This document shows positions 40,601 through 58,566 of a DNA stretch of 64,000 bases, in pieces. The stretch covers positions 168,265-232,264 of the forward strand of contig NW_019217919.1 in the NCBI RefSeq assembly GCF_002571385.2, read 5' to 3'. The position numbers were made by a program, and so were the translations under genes. Position 1 is the first letter of the stretch; each line of letters opens with the position of its first letter. Under the pieces are notes generated by a model. The model made no database searches. It saw nothing but the letters and a program-made list of their open reading frames with translations, and was not told where the DNA came from. The stretch is from Stylophora pistillata (taxonomy: Eukaryota).

Positions 40601-41126
40601 CCTCGACTCAATTTCAGTTTATAGAAAGGAGTATCTTTACGATTTGAATGGCGAAAATTGATTCGCTTTATTGACGATTGTTGGAAAGCCTTCAAACTGA
40701 GCAAGAAGCTCTGGCCTTAGGAAAAGGCGTGGGTGAAGGGAGAATTTTCAGTGACAGCTCACATTTCTTTTAGTGGTGACGCGCTATTTGCATAAGAAGA
40801 GTCTCAGAAAGCGAAATTTCTCGCCATACTTGTAAATGTTCCTTTGGCGCATCCTTGAACGACATTTCATAGAATCTGAACAATAGAAACAATTTTAAAC
40901 AAGCAACACACTTCTGTCCATTTTATTTTCCAGTTTTAGTTTCCAATATCAGCTTACCGCTAAGTCGAGAAAATGATGGCTTGCGAAAACAAAACAATGA
41001 CAGCCATAAGTTTGCCAAGAGGTTAAATTGTAGTTTCGTCCATAAACTTTAAACCGAAACATTGTGTAACTGGAAGTCCACACCAAAGCTAAAGAGCGAT
41101 TTTCATCTACAAACAATATTGACACG

Positions 41127-44100
41127 ATGGATACTCTCAAGGAATCACTTGCACCAAAAACCTTCAACAAAATTAGCCATCTCGCAGTTTTAGTTTGGTT
41201 TGTGATCGGTGCAATCTTCCTTGGCATTTTTACTGAAGTGGAAAACACCGAATCCAGGTTTGATTTCCGTTGTGGCGGAGCGGAGACCGAAAACACTGAC
41301 CTCGTCCGTGGAGACTGCTTCCAGCAATACGAGGAGCAGTACAACAAATATGGTGTACCTATCTATGGCTTCGTGACCATCAATTTCTTCCTCATTGCAC
41401 TTGTTTGTGCTATTTTCTCCCAAATAGTGAGAAAGACCGTTGATGAACTATCGCCAAGCACTCGTAACGGCGACCGTGAGAGCCAGTCGCGCCACAGAGA
41501 GAAGCAAAAATCAACGGGAAAACAGCTTTTCATCGCTTACTGCTGTCAACTGTCCACAAGACTTGTTTTGGGAGTTCTTTTCATGATCCTTCAAACTCAG
41601 TTGCTTTATCCTTTAAGGTTTCCCTATAAGTTTGACTGTTATTTAACCTCTGGAACCAATCAGCCAAGGAACTTATCTGACGCCGCCCAAAACTCCACTC
41701 AGTTTCACAAATGTAACAATCAACGAGCGGAAAAGAAAACCTTCTGGATGTACGCTGTCCTAGCAGTTAATGGAATTTATGTCGCTGGAATTCTAATTGA
41801 AACCATCTACATTTTGTCACGGGCACGCGTAGAAACGAAGTTCATGAAAAACTCAGAGTTCCTTAAAATTCATCTAAATCCCAACCATGACAAGTCGTAT
41901 CAGGAACCTCAAAAGCAAGAAGGTAGAATACAGGTTGTTGTAATGCAGCCAAGAGTTCATGACAACCTTCCGACGCAACCCGGGTTGCACCCAGAACCTC
42001 AGAGGCAAGATGATGTTGCCCAATCGCAGCCACGAGAGCGAGAACACCGTCCAATCCAAGTCGAAATACACGTACACCCTCAAAAGCAAGATGATGTTAT
42101 TCCACCACACCCAAGAGAGCAAGAACACCGTCCGACCAAAATGGAGTCTTACCAAGAACCTCAAAGACAAAATGATGTTGTCCCACTACCGCCACGAGAC
42201 CAAATCGGGTCGCATCAAGAACCTCAACAGCCAGAGGGAAGGAGTGAACATGATATTATTTCTCCAGTGCAAAGGGAACCCGAACAGCTCCAAAACTCGA
42301 ATCTACAACTATTCATCGCCGAAACAAAGAAAATAATTAAAGAAAATACCCAACACCTTTTTGAACTCCAACCACCGTTTTTAGGAAACCCAGGCGAGCA
42401 AACGGCAGTTAAATATTTCACTCTGGATCAGATCTACACAAATCTTGTGGTCGTTCCAAATAGAGCTACATATGACTTTACTGCAAACAGAGAGGAGCAA
42501 CTCAAAGTTTATCCAAGGCCGCGCACGGAATCACAACTTAAAAGCCTGGAAGACCTCCTAAATGATAAAAGTAAAAAGGTTCTGATTGTCGGTCGCCCCG
42601 GAATCGGTAAGACATTTTGTTGTACTAAACTTCTCAGAAATTGGGCGTGTAAAGAAGTTTCTGAAATCCATTTTGATCCTGCTTTCTTAATAAAATTTAG
42701 AAGATTCAACTCAGACAACCACCTTAGCCTCAGGGAACTGTTGGTTCAGTCAGAGCATTTTCCTTCAGATCACCTGGATGATGAAGTCTGGAAATACATC
42801 CTGCAGCACCCTGAAAGTGTACTTATTCTTTTCGACGGATTTGATGAATTCAATCACAACGCAAACATCATCCAGTGGCCGGCCTCTAGTCCCAAAAGCA
42901 TTGAACAGAAGGTGCCTCTCCAAAGCCTCTATTACTGGCTTGTGACCGGGAAACTACTAAAAAATGCTTTAATTTTGACAACCACGAGACCAACGGCTTT
43001 GTCGAGCATCAAACGCCTTCCGTTCGACAAAACCTGCGAAATTCTGGGCTTCACAACCGAGCAAATTAAAGAATATGTCTCCAGATTTTGCGGAGATGAC
43101 AAGCAAGCAGGCGAAAGACTATGGCGACACATCAGCAGCAACATGAACTTACTTTCGCTCTGTTATATCCCCGTGAATAGCTTCATCATGTGCTCAAGTC
43201 TGTTCGAAATATTGCAGTTCGAAAGTTCCGCTAGTGCTACCCTCCCTTCCGAATTAACAACCCTTTACATGATTGCAGTGACCGTGTTTTACCTTAAACA
43301 CACAAAAGAATTCCGCGATAATGAGTCCACTCGCGAACACTTAGATTACAATAACTTGCCACCAGAAGTGGAGGAGAAATTCGAGAAACTTGGAAAAGTG
43401 GCGTTTGAAGGAATTAAAAAAGGAAAGCTGATCCTTGGAGGAAACGAAGTACGCGGGATGGAAGACAGCGCTCTCTTTCACCGCCTACCCGACTGTCGAA
43501 GTGATGCGTTAAAACGCGAACCACAATTCTGTTTCATTCATCTCACAATGCAGGAGTTTTTCGCTGCAAGGCACCTAGCGAACAACGTGAGTGAAACAGA
43601 ATTGAGGAACTTTGTTACAAAGAACAGCGAGAACGGCAAATGGCAACTAGTGATTCAGTTTCTAGCAGGACTAATGAACGATAAAGATGAACTACCGAGC
43701 GAAATTATCACCGACCTTCTTCCTGTGGAAACTGAAGAGGAAGAACGCTATGACGACGACGAACAGACAGGGAATGAAGAGGAATGGAAAGTAACCTGTT
43801 GGCCGACTAAGGACAAAAGAGATTTGGCAGTGACACTGTGTAAATGTGTAAACGAAAGTAAAAAGATGGAAATCATAGTCCAAAGAAAGCTACAACAAAT
43901 TAACTTTAATTGTGTAAATTTTATTGCAAGTCACCTCACAGCTGTGGAATGCTCTTCGTTAATAAATGTAATTAAGAATATTGAACAAATTTCACATTTA
44001 GATTTGATGGACAATAACATGGACTCATTAGGCTGTCTCGAGATTGCTAAATTGTTAATATATTGGAAATGTCGACTAAGCTGGTTAAACCTCGCAGAGA

Positions 44101-44873
44101 ATCAACTGACAGACGAAGCAGTAAAGCATTTAGCTAACGCCATCACAAACAACAACTGTCAGCTACGCTCGTTAAACCTCTCAGAAAATAACATCACAGA
44201 CACAGGAGCACAGCACTTGGCTGAAGCCATCACAAACAACAACTGTCAGCTACGCTCGTTAAACCTCTCAGAAAATAACATCACAGACACAGGAGCACAG
44301 CACTTGGCTGAAGCCATCACGAACAACAAGTGTCAGCTACACACGTTAAGCCTCTCGTTCAATTACATCACAGTCACAGGAGCACAGCACTTGGCTGAAG
44401 CCATCACAGACAGCTGTCAGCTACGCTCGTTAAACCTCTCAAAAAATAACATCACAGACACAGGAGCACAGTACTTGGCTGACGCCATCACAAAAAACAA
44501 CTTTCAGCTACGCACGTTAAACCTCTCACAAAATAACATCACAGACACAGGAGTACAGCACTTGGCTCACGCCATTACAAGCAACAACTGTCAGCTACAC
44601 ACGTTAAACCTCTCATACAATAACATCACAGACACAGGAGCACAGCACTTGGCTGACGCCATAACAAACAACGACTGTCAGCTACACACGTTAGACCTCT
44701 TAGGCAATAACATCACAGACACAGGAGCACAGCACTTGGCTGACGCCATTACTAACAACAACTGTCAGCTACGCTCGTTAAACCTCTCATACAATAACAT
44801 GACAAAAGTAGGTAAGCAACATGCACGTAATTTAGTGAGCAAGAGTCAGTCTAAGTGTAAGCTAGATATTTAA
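41127..44873 (+). CDS. Single-exon NLR: connexin-like 4TM domain (aa ~1-232), P/Q/E-rich repeat linker, NACHT, RI-like LRRs
   Basis: 1248-aa ORF; four hydrophobic helices; Walker A GRPGIGKT, Walker B LILFDGFDE, sensor TTTRP, LCYIPV, winged-helix FIHLTMQEFFAA; ~10 LRRs of 28 aa. Confidence 0.95.
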   Translation: MDTLKESLAPKTFNKISHLAVLVWFVIGAIFLGIFTEVENTESRFDFRCGGAETENTDLVRGDCFQQYEEQYNKYGVPIYGFVTINFFLIALVCAIFSQIVRKTVDELSPSTRNGDRESQSRHREKQKSTGKQLFIAYCCQLSTRLVLGVLFMILQTQLLYPLRFPYKFDCYLTSGTNQPRNLSDAAQNSTQFHKCNNQRAEKKTFWMYAVLAVNGIYVAGILIETIYILSRARVETKFMKNSEFLKIHLNPNHDKSYQEPQKQEGRIQVVVMQPRVHDNLPTQPGLHPEPQRQDDVAQSQPREREHRPIQVEIHVHPQKQDDVIPPHPREQEHRPTKMESYQEPQRQNDVVPLPPRDQIGSHQEPQQPEGRSEHDIISPVQREPEQLQNSNLQLFIAETKKIIKENTQHLFELQPPFLGNPGEQTAVKYFTLDQIYTNLVVVPNRATYDFTANREEQLKVYPRPRTESQLKSLEDLLNDKSKKVLIVGRPGIGKTFCCTKLLRNWACKEVSEIHFDPAFLIKFRRFNSDNHLSLRELLVQSEHFPSDHLDDEVWKYILQHPESVLILFDGFDEFNHNANIIQWPASSPKSIEQKVPLQSLYYWLVTGKLLKNALILTTTRPTALSSIKRLPFDKTCEILGFTTEQIKEYVSRFCGDDKQAGERLWRHISSNMNLLSLCYIPVNSFIMCSSLFEILQFESSASATLPSELTTLYMIAVTVFYLKHTKEFRDNESTREHLDYNNLPPEVEEKFEKLGKVAFEGIKKGKLILGGNEVRGMEDSALFHRLPDCRSDALKREPQFCFIHLTMQEFFAARHLANNVSETELRNFVTKNSENGKWQLVIQFLAGLMNDKDELPSEIITDLLPVETEEEERYDDDEQTGNEEEWKVTCWPTKDKRDLAVTLCKCVNESKKMEIIVQRKLQQINFNCVNFIASHLTAVECSSLINVIKNIEQISHLDLMDNNMDSLGCLEIAKLLIYWKCRLSWLNLAENQLTDEAVKHLANAITNNNCQLRSLNLSENNITDTGAQHLAEAITNNNCQLRSLNLSENNITDTGAQHLAEAITNNKCQLHTLSLSFNYITVTGAQHLAEAITDSCQLRSLNLSKNNITDTGAQYLADAITKNNFQLRTLNLSQNNITDTGVQHLAHAITSNNCQLHTLNLSYNNITDTGAQHLADAITNNDCQLHTLDLLGNNITDTGAQHLADAITNNNCQLRSLNLSYNNMTKVGKQHARNLVSKSQSKCKLDI
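44085..44800 (+). repeat. 84-bp coding tandem repeat (LRR array)
   Basis: Unit CAGCTACGCTCGTTAAACCTCTCA...AACATCACAGACACAGGAGCACAGCACTTGGCTGAAGCCATCACA repeated about 8 times. Confidence 0.95.
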
Positions 44874-45093
44874 GCCTCGCCAACTCCAATTATAAACTGT
44901 TTATAAAAAAATTATGTGAACCACTTACAATTCAAAATAACTTTGAGTCACACTTTGAGTCAACCAGCTCAGAGACATTATCACGACGTAACAACTCATG
45001 AATGATAACCAACTAAATTGGTGAACTGTGAAGCGCTCACAGCAGCGAGAGTATTTGAACCGGATCGAAATGAAGAAAATTAAACCAATGAAC

Positions 45094-46749
45094 ATGTTTA
45101 TTGAGAGCTAAGGATGTCAATCTTTTTTAAACGAACCAATAACATTGAAGTAAAAACGCAGAGCTTTATGCAGAGAACAGACAAACTTCGGACCTCTCAG
45201 GAAACGTTGTCATTTTATAACAAATGATTGGTTAGTTTCGATCCTAAATTTACTGCATGCTTTTGCATGTTTTGATCGCTTTTGAAGTTCTTTTGCCGAT
45301 TAATTCATGGCAGAATACGTTTGTTTTAATTTTTAATTTTTTTAATTTTAAGGGAAGCGATCCGGTTCACTTAGTTTCATACTTACTGCCAATGAAATCG
45401 TAAAATATTAACTTGTCGCGCTTCAAAAACAAAAGCCTTTTTTTGTAGATTCACGGAGTGAGATTTATATTATGTCAATTTAAGCAATTTTTTGAGGTCT
45501 CCGCTGTTGTTGTTATTATTAGTGTAGTTTTAACGTATGGAGGGCCTGCTACTTGTCTGATATAATCAAATATCCCTGCAAAACCTGAGAACGAAGCTGC
45601 AGACTTCCACAGTTAGGATTTTAACTTGCCACTACTTGTATCTAGAACCATGCAGAACTCCAAAATTTATCAGTGTAGAATAAATGTTTTAAACTGATGA
45701 AAACCCTGTGTTGTGATCTATTTATCCCCTATGATTTGACCTAACTTGGAAGATGTGGGGAAGGGTAGGGAGGCAGGGGGGAGAAAGATGTAGCCTTTTA
45801 AATATCAAGTAAAAACAAAATGAATTTACCAAAGAAACATGCCTTAAGTCCCCTATGGAAGCACAGATCACCTACTGTTAATCTCTTAAGTCCCAAGATC
45901 TGATCGCCTAACTCCCCTCTACCAGTTACAAATTTCCATGTAAATTAATTGTGAGAATTTGGTAGTATATCAAGATAAACAGCTCTACCTGATAAGTTTG
46001 ATTATTCTCACAACCTGTTTACTGCATATTGTATGATTATTGTAGAGAGAAGTTACATGGTAATCACTTCTGCAAGTTAAAGGGTTTATTAGGAGGTTAA
46101 GGACTCAAAAAAGAAAAAAAAAAAAAAAGCTGGCAGCATCCTCTTAAAACCCTTACCATACCCAAGATTAAATGATTTTCCCCTTCTTCTTTCAAACCTG
46201 GACAAACGTTTTTCTGCATACCTCATATTGACAGTAAATATTGTATTTCCATAAATAAGCAGCCACATTCCAATAAGCACCTTCCCCTTAGGCCATAATG
46301 TCAAATAAGCACCCCTCCTCAAATAAGTGCCCCACCCCCCCCACTCTCTTTTAGAGGTGCAAAGGGAACTGTTTCTATTGCCACTTTATTGATAACTTAC
46401 TAAGCTTCAATTACAGCAGTATCAGCACAGAAAATTCTTATCATGTTTGTTCTGGGAATTTGATACTGTATCTACTATTTATCCCCTACTCCATACTTTT
46501 TCTTTATTCTCATGACTTGTCTGCTTGATATTGTATTGATGAAGTAAAGAGAAACTCTATCTTGGTCACTCACAGGAGTTAAAGGGTTAAAGAATAGCTT
46601 TGAGGCATCCCAGCCATTTTTTGAACAATTTGAAAGGAAATATAAGCTGCACAAGTTCTAACTATAGGAAATTAGTATAATTGCAGAGCTGAGCAAAGAG
46701 TTTCCAGCAATCTGATTGGTTAAGCAGTTCCTTATATGACGCTATATAA
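45094..46749. repeat. ~1.65-kb segment duplicated almost identically at 50628-52283
   Basis: Constant offset of 5534 bp; identical spurious ORFs at 46089 and 51623. Confidence 0.95.
45878..46087. mobile_element. TTAA-bounded MITE family; partial relatives at ~27370, ~38575, ~46500, ~48640, ~57600
   Basis: Termini TTAA(C)CCTTTAAC..CC / GTTAAAGGGTTAA and a shared internal GAATTTGGTGTTAGATCAAG; piggyBac-like by inference. Confidence 0.55.
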
Positions 46750-48106
46750 TCCGCTCTACGTGGTTTATATAAAATGTTAAAAAAAATTGTAATAAATGTT
46801 ACTAAAATGTTATGATTTCAGAAATTTCTCTGTTGTTCAGCTCTGGAATTATACTAAAACAATTATTCGCCTCAGGTTTGGTGAATATTGTCGAATAATC
46901 CCCTCGACTTCATCTTGGGGATTATTCAACAATATTCACCTCACCTTTGGCGAATAATTGTTAAATATAGCATTTTCTCACAAAATATAGGCACTTTATA
47001 GGAGCTAAAAAAGCTTTTAAGAGTAAATGCCTATAAAATTCAGCTACCAATGGCCAGACTGGAAATTTCTTTTGGCACATATTTTGTCCATCGATAGGTT
47101 TGGTAAGTAACTAAATGGGATTTAGTTTGTTTTCAGAAAGGCCACTTCAATTTGGAGAAAATTTTAAAAAATCTGTTTCTGCTGTCAGTGACTTCAAAAC
47201 AGCCAAAATTTAAGATGAAATGGACTGTTCTCAAAATTTCACTTGCATGCAATAGGGAAGAAAGGGAAGAAAGAGAGAGAAAATATTTTCTGATGCATCA
47301 GTTCATTGAGGGTTTTACTTCTAGTTTGGCAGTAAATATTCAACTTAGCAGTAATCTGAACAGCGAACAATAATATTTTATAACTACCTTAATCTTAACT
47401 GAAAAAAATTAATATTTTAGCTGAAAGTCACGACTAAAATTTTAGGCACATGCTACACCTTGGTTTACCCTGATGAGACTCAAGCTATAAGGTCTTTAAA
47501 CAGTTGTACTCAAACATATGTAAAAACTGGCTTGGGTAATGCAGTTTGCGCTTAACACAAACTCTCCGAACTTGAACAAGATTTGGTTAAGATATGAGAC
47601 CTAAGTAGCAATTTGTTGGTGTTTACTACCACAGGAGGCCTGTTATAATTAAATTGTTAACATCAATTTTAATATCCATTTTTAATGGTTTTGCCAAATA
47701 ATAAGAAATAGTGAGTGAATATTTATAGTAAATAATTTTATTAGTTTTTGTCAGCAAAAATGCTAAAAAGTGCATTAAAAATATAAATTAATCATTCTGC
47801 AGTCATCCCATTTTAATAAATTTTATGGGAAATATAGAAGGATTTCATGAAACATAGGCTCTTTATAGGATCTTATATAAATTACAGGATATATAGGAGG
47901 TCTGGGATGACTGAGGTTTGTGTGCATTCATTGTAAAAAGAACATCAGACTGCTTTGTAGCTGCCAGATTGCAACTTAATAAATTACAACTGATTGTCAA
48001 ATGCAAAGTTTTGCTTATCTTCAAGTATTTTCCTGTATTCAGTGAACACTTTTCAAAGCCACACAAAGTTCTCTCAAGACAACCAAGGTTGCACATTGTA
48101 CAAGGT

Positions 48107-55513
<7,407 letters not shown>

Positions 55514-55711
55514 TCTTTTTTCCTTCCGGAACCGATTACCTTTCCAAAAATCGGATGTGTTCGGAAATAGTCGGATAATAATCGCAAATGAGATTCCAGG
55601 GCATGCGCGTTATTCCCGGTAACCGCGTGCGCTGGCTGCCATCTTGAAGCGTTCAGTCAATGTTTGGTAGTTGTCTAGTGATCCTTTGCATTTCACATCA
55701 ACAGTCGACCG
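55514..55711. promoter_or_regulatory. Bidirectional promoter of XYLB and the RBM4-like gene
   Basis: 198 bp between divergent ATGs; CpG-rich; YY1-like GCCATCTTG (~55638), NRF1-like GCATGCGC (~55601), ETS-like CCGGAA/CGGAAA. Confidence 0.7.
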
Positions 55712-56275
55712 ATGCCTACCAAACTATTTGTAGGGAACATCTCGGAATCATGCAGTGAGGACGATCTGAAGGAAGCCTTCGAAAAATACGGTACTATTGT
55801 GGAGCATGCGATAGTTAGAAATTATGCATTTGTGCATTTCGAGAAAAAAGAGGACGCCGAAAATGCGATAAAAGAGCTTCATGAAACTGAACTGAAAGGC
55901 AACGTTATTAGAGTATTACTGTCGACCACTCCACATAAGAAAGGTAGAGGAGGCGGTGAAGGAAGAAGTCCATACCCGAGAGACAGAGCACCAGGGAATT
56001 CTCGAGGTCCTCCGCGAGGTGGAGGCGGCGGTGGTTATTATCCTCCCGAAAGAAGTCGCTATCATCCTTACTACGATCGCGAATACTACAGACCAGCACC
56101 TTATCCTTCGTCATACAACCGGAGTTCGTATGGATATTACAGTACATACGACAGTGACTACAGGGACTATCAGCGGTCTTATCCGCCTTCATCTCCCTAT
56201 TATTATGGAGACACTAGATATGGCGGACCTGTCACTTACCCGGACACATCGAAGAGGCAATCCTGGGATCGTTAG
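55712..56275 (+). CDS. RBM4/Lark-like RNA-binding protein (one RRM plus an RGG and Tyr/Arg/Ser-rich tail), intronless CDS
   Basis: RNP2 KLFVGNI, RNP1 RNYAFVHF, typical of RBM4-family RRMs; low-complexity C-terminus. Confidence 0.85.
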   Translation: MPTKLFVGNISESCSEDDLKEAFEKYGTIVEHAIVRNYAFVHFEKKEDAENAIKELHETELKGNVIRVLLSTTPHKKGRGGGEGRSPYPRDRAPGNSRGPPRGGGGGGYYPPERSRYHPYYDREYYRPAPYPSSYNRSSYGYYSTYDSDYRDYQRSYPPSSPYYYGDTRYGGPVTYPDTSKRQSWDR

Positions 56276-58566
56276 CAACCTAGCGTGTTTACAGTGCCCT
56301 TTTTGAAAAAAAAAATAGCTGAGGGAGGCCAGACTTGTCCTTGAGCATAAATAGTGCTATTTTTTGGATTATAAAGTGTTTTTACTTTTGTTTACATACA
56401 AGAGTGCATGCTGCATACCATAGGAATCATTCCAATAGGATAAGTGGAACATCATGACTTTTAATGAATTATATCAACAGATATGATAAACATGGATCCT
56501 GGAGACTCTGAAAGTCATACCTCTTTTGTGCAGTTATATTTTCTGTGGTTACTTATTTGAATGCCCGCTAACTATTTTCTATGATTTCATTTAGTTTTGG
56601 AAGTGAAAACCAACCATTTTAGAATTGATAATTCTACCTATTTGCCATCACCAGATTCATAGAGTTCTGTAGAATTGTTTTTAGTTAACACTGAAAATTA
56701 TCTGACTAAATAATGAAAGAATAAAAACTGCAGGATTGGGAAAGTCCTTGATCCCAAAGAATGAAGGGACTGTTTTTTTCTCTTGCATGCAAACTTGAAA
56801 CAAAATACCAGGGTTGAATCTTTTTCACTAAGCTCAGTAGATTCTGTGTTTTGGCAACTGTTTGTTCATTGTGAAAATTGTGTTGTGTTTTATCAAAACA
56901 ACGATAAAGTCCTATTTTGTGAGACCAACCCTATAAAATATTTTCATCTTCCTTTGCCTGACTGACCCATTTTTTTTTTTTTGGGTGGGGGGGAGGAGGA
57001 AGTATCCAAAAAGGAAAAAAAATCCAAGTGTACTATCTTACTTGCTAATTTTCCAACGCAGATTCCCACTCTAAATAGGAGACAAGGCTCATGTCATTTC
57101 TACATAATAATCAAGCCTTTCATCATATCTCAAATTTTCAAGTAAGGAAAACAATTTGCAGGGGGCAGCACTCAAATTTTTGTATTGTTTTTGTTTGCTT
57201 GACCAATTGGCCCAATTTCTATGTGAGGATGGTCTTATTATCCTTGGGCTTTGTTTATTTTCCATACAGCATTGATTGTGGTTGGCTGTCAGAGATTTAG
57301 CTGTAAGGAAAAATTTTTGGTTACAAGTTTTCCATTTCTGTTGTCTTCAAGATTCACCCTATGCAGTTGACAATTTCAGATTATTTCTGTTCTAAAAGTA
57401 TGCGCAATTGTATAGATCTTTGTCAAAATGTAAGTAACCTGCAAAGGGACTTTATTCAGGTAGATGTTGGGGATTATTAACATTTTTTAACTTATACTAC
57501 AAACACTTTTTTAGTTAATCTCTCAATAAAGTGCACGGAACTGTGGTGAAACCTTTGCTTCCTTGATCATTTAATACTTTTATTCTCCATACTAGGAAAC
57601 CTTTAACTTCCAGGAGCAACCAAGTAAGAACTTCTCCTAACATCATAAATACAATATCAAGCAGACAAGTCATGAGAAATACAGAAATATCAATTAAGGT
57701 ATTAATCCAATACCTAGCTTCAGTATCAGGCTTTCCTAGGGGGTGAAGGTGGTAGAGGGGCCTTCTTACTGCTCTTGCTTGTCCCCACTCCCCCTGCCAT
57801 TGGAGGGTATGTTACTCTAGCTATCAAAAACCAGATTCCCAGGACTAACATCATGAGCATTTCATGACAGAGAGTAAGGAGAATGAGATCTTGGGAGTGT
57901 TAAGAACTTCTCAGAAAAATTGGGAGTCCCTTCAGTAGTACAGAATAGTGACTCTTAGTTGGAATACCATGAAGTTGTATGAGGATTGTAAAGCCATATA
58001 TTCTATTTAAATTAATTGTACCAAGCATTTGTGGTTTGAATACAACTGGTGTGATTCATTACTCCTAAGCAATGTCTGTGCCATGAGACCAATGTTACTT
58101 CTCTGTGGGAAAGCATTTGTTGAAGAGGGTGTTGAAACTAATTTCATGTCCCTATTTTATCATTGAATTTCCCTCTGACAAGATTCCTTATTCTGTAAAC
58201 TTAAAAAATTATCATGATAAAGAATTGTTTTTTATTTCTAGCCCTCTTTTATCCTTGCAATTTTAAGGCGGTAATGTTTTGCCTGTTCTGTGTTCTTGTA
58301 TGAATCTTGTAACTGGTTCAATGATAAATTAGTTTGAGAATTGGAATTGTAACCAACCTTGATTTTTTGCAGAGAGTAAGTTTAACTTATTAGACTTCCC
58401 AATAAATATATGTAATCTGCTGGGGGTATTAGTTAATTACCAGAAGAAAGTTTGTTTAAATGTTGTGAAGAAAATCCTGGACAAAATTTTGAAACCGCTG
58501 ACTTTCTCCTTTATTTATCCCACAATGCAACGAGGGCTTACAGAGAGGATAAGAATTATAATAAAA

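Noticed and set aside
44085-44800. CRISPR-like array
   Set aside because: In-frame 84-bp coding LRR units with no unique spacers, in eukaryotic DNA.
46089-46322. Duplicated 77-aa ORF (also 51623-51856)
   Set aside because: Non-ATG start, repeat-derived, poly-Phe from an A-run; identical only because the segment is duplicated.
47462-47510. Hammerhead ribozyme (CTGATGA-GACT...GGTC)
   Set aside because: The essential GAAA after stem II reads TTTAAA; at best a decayed remnant.
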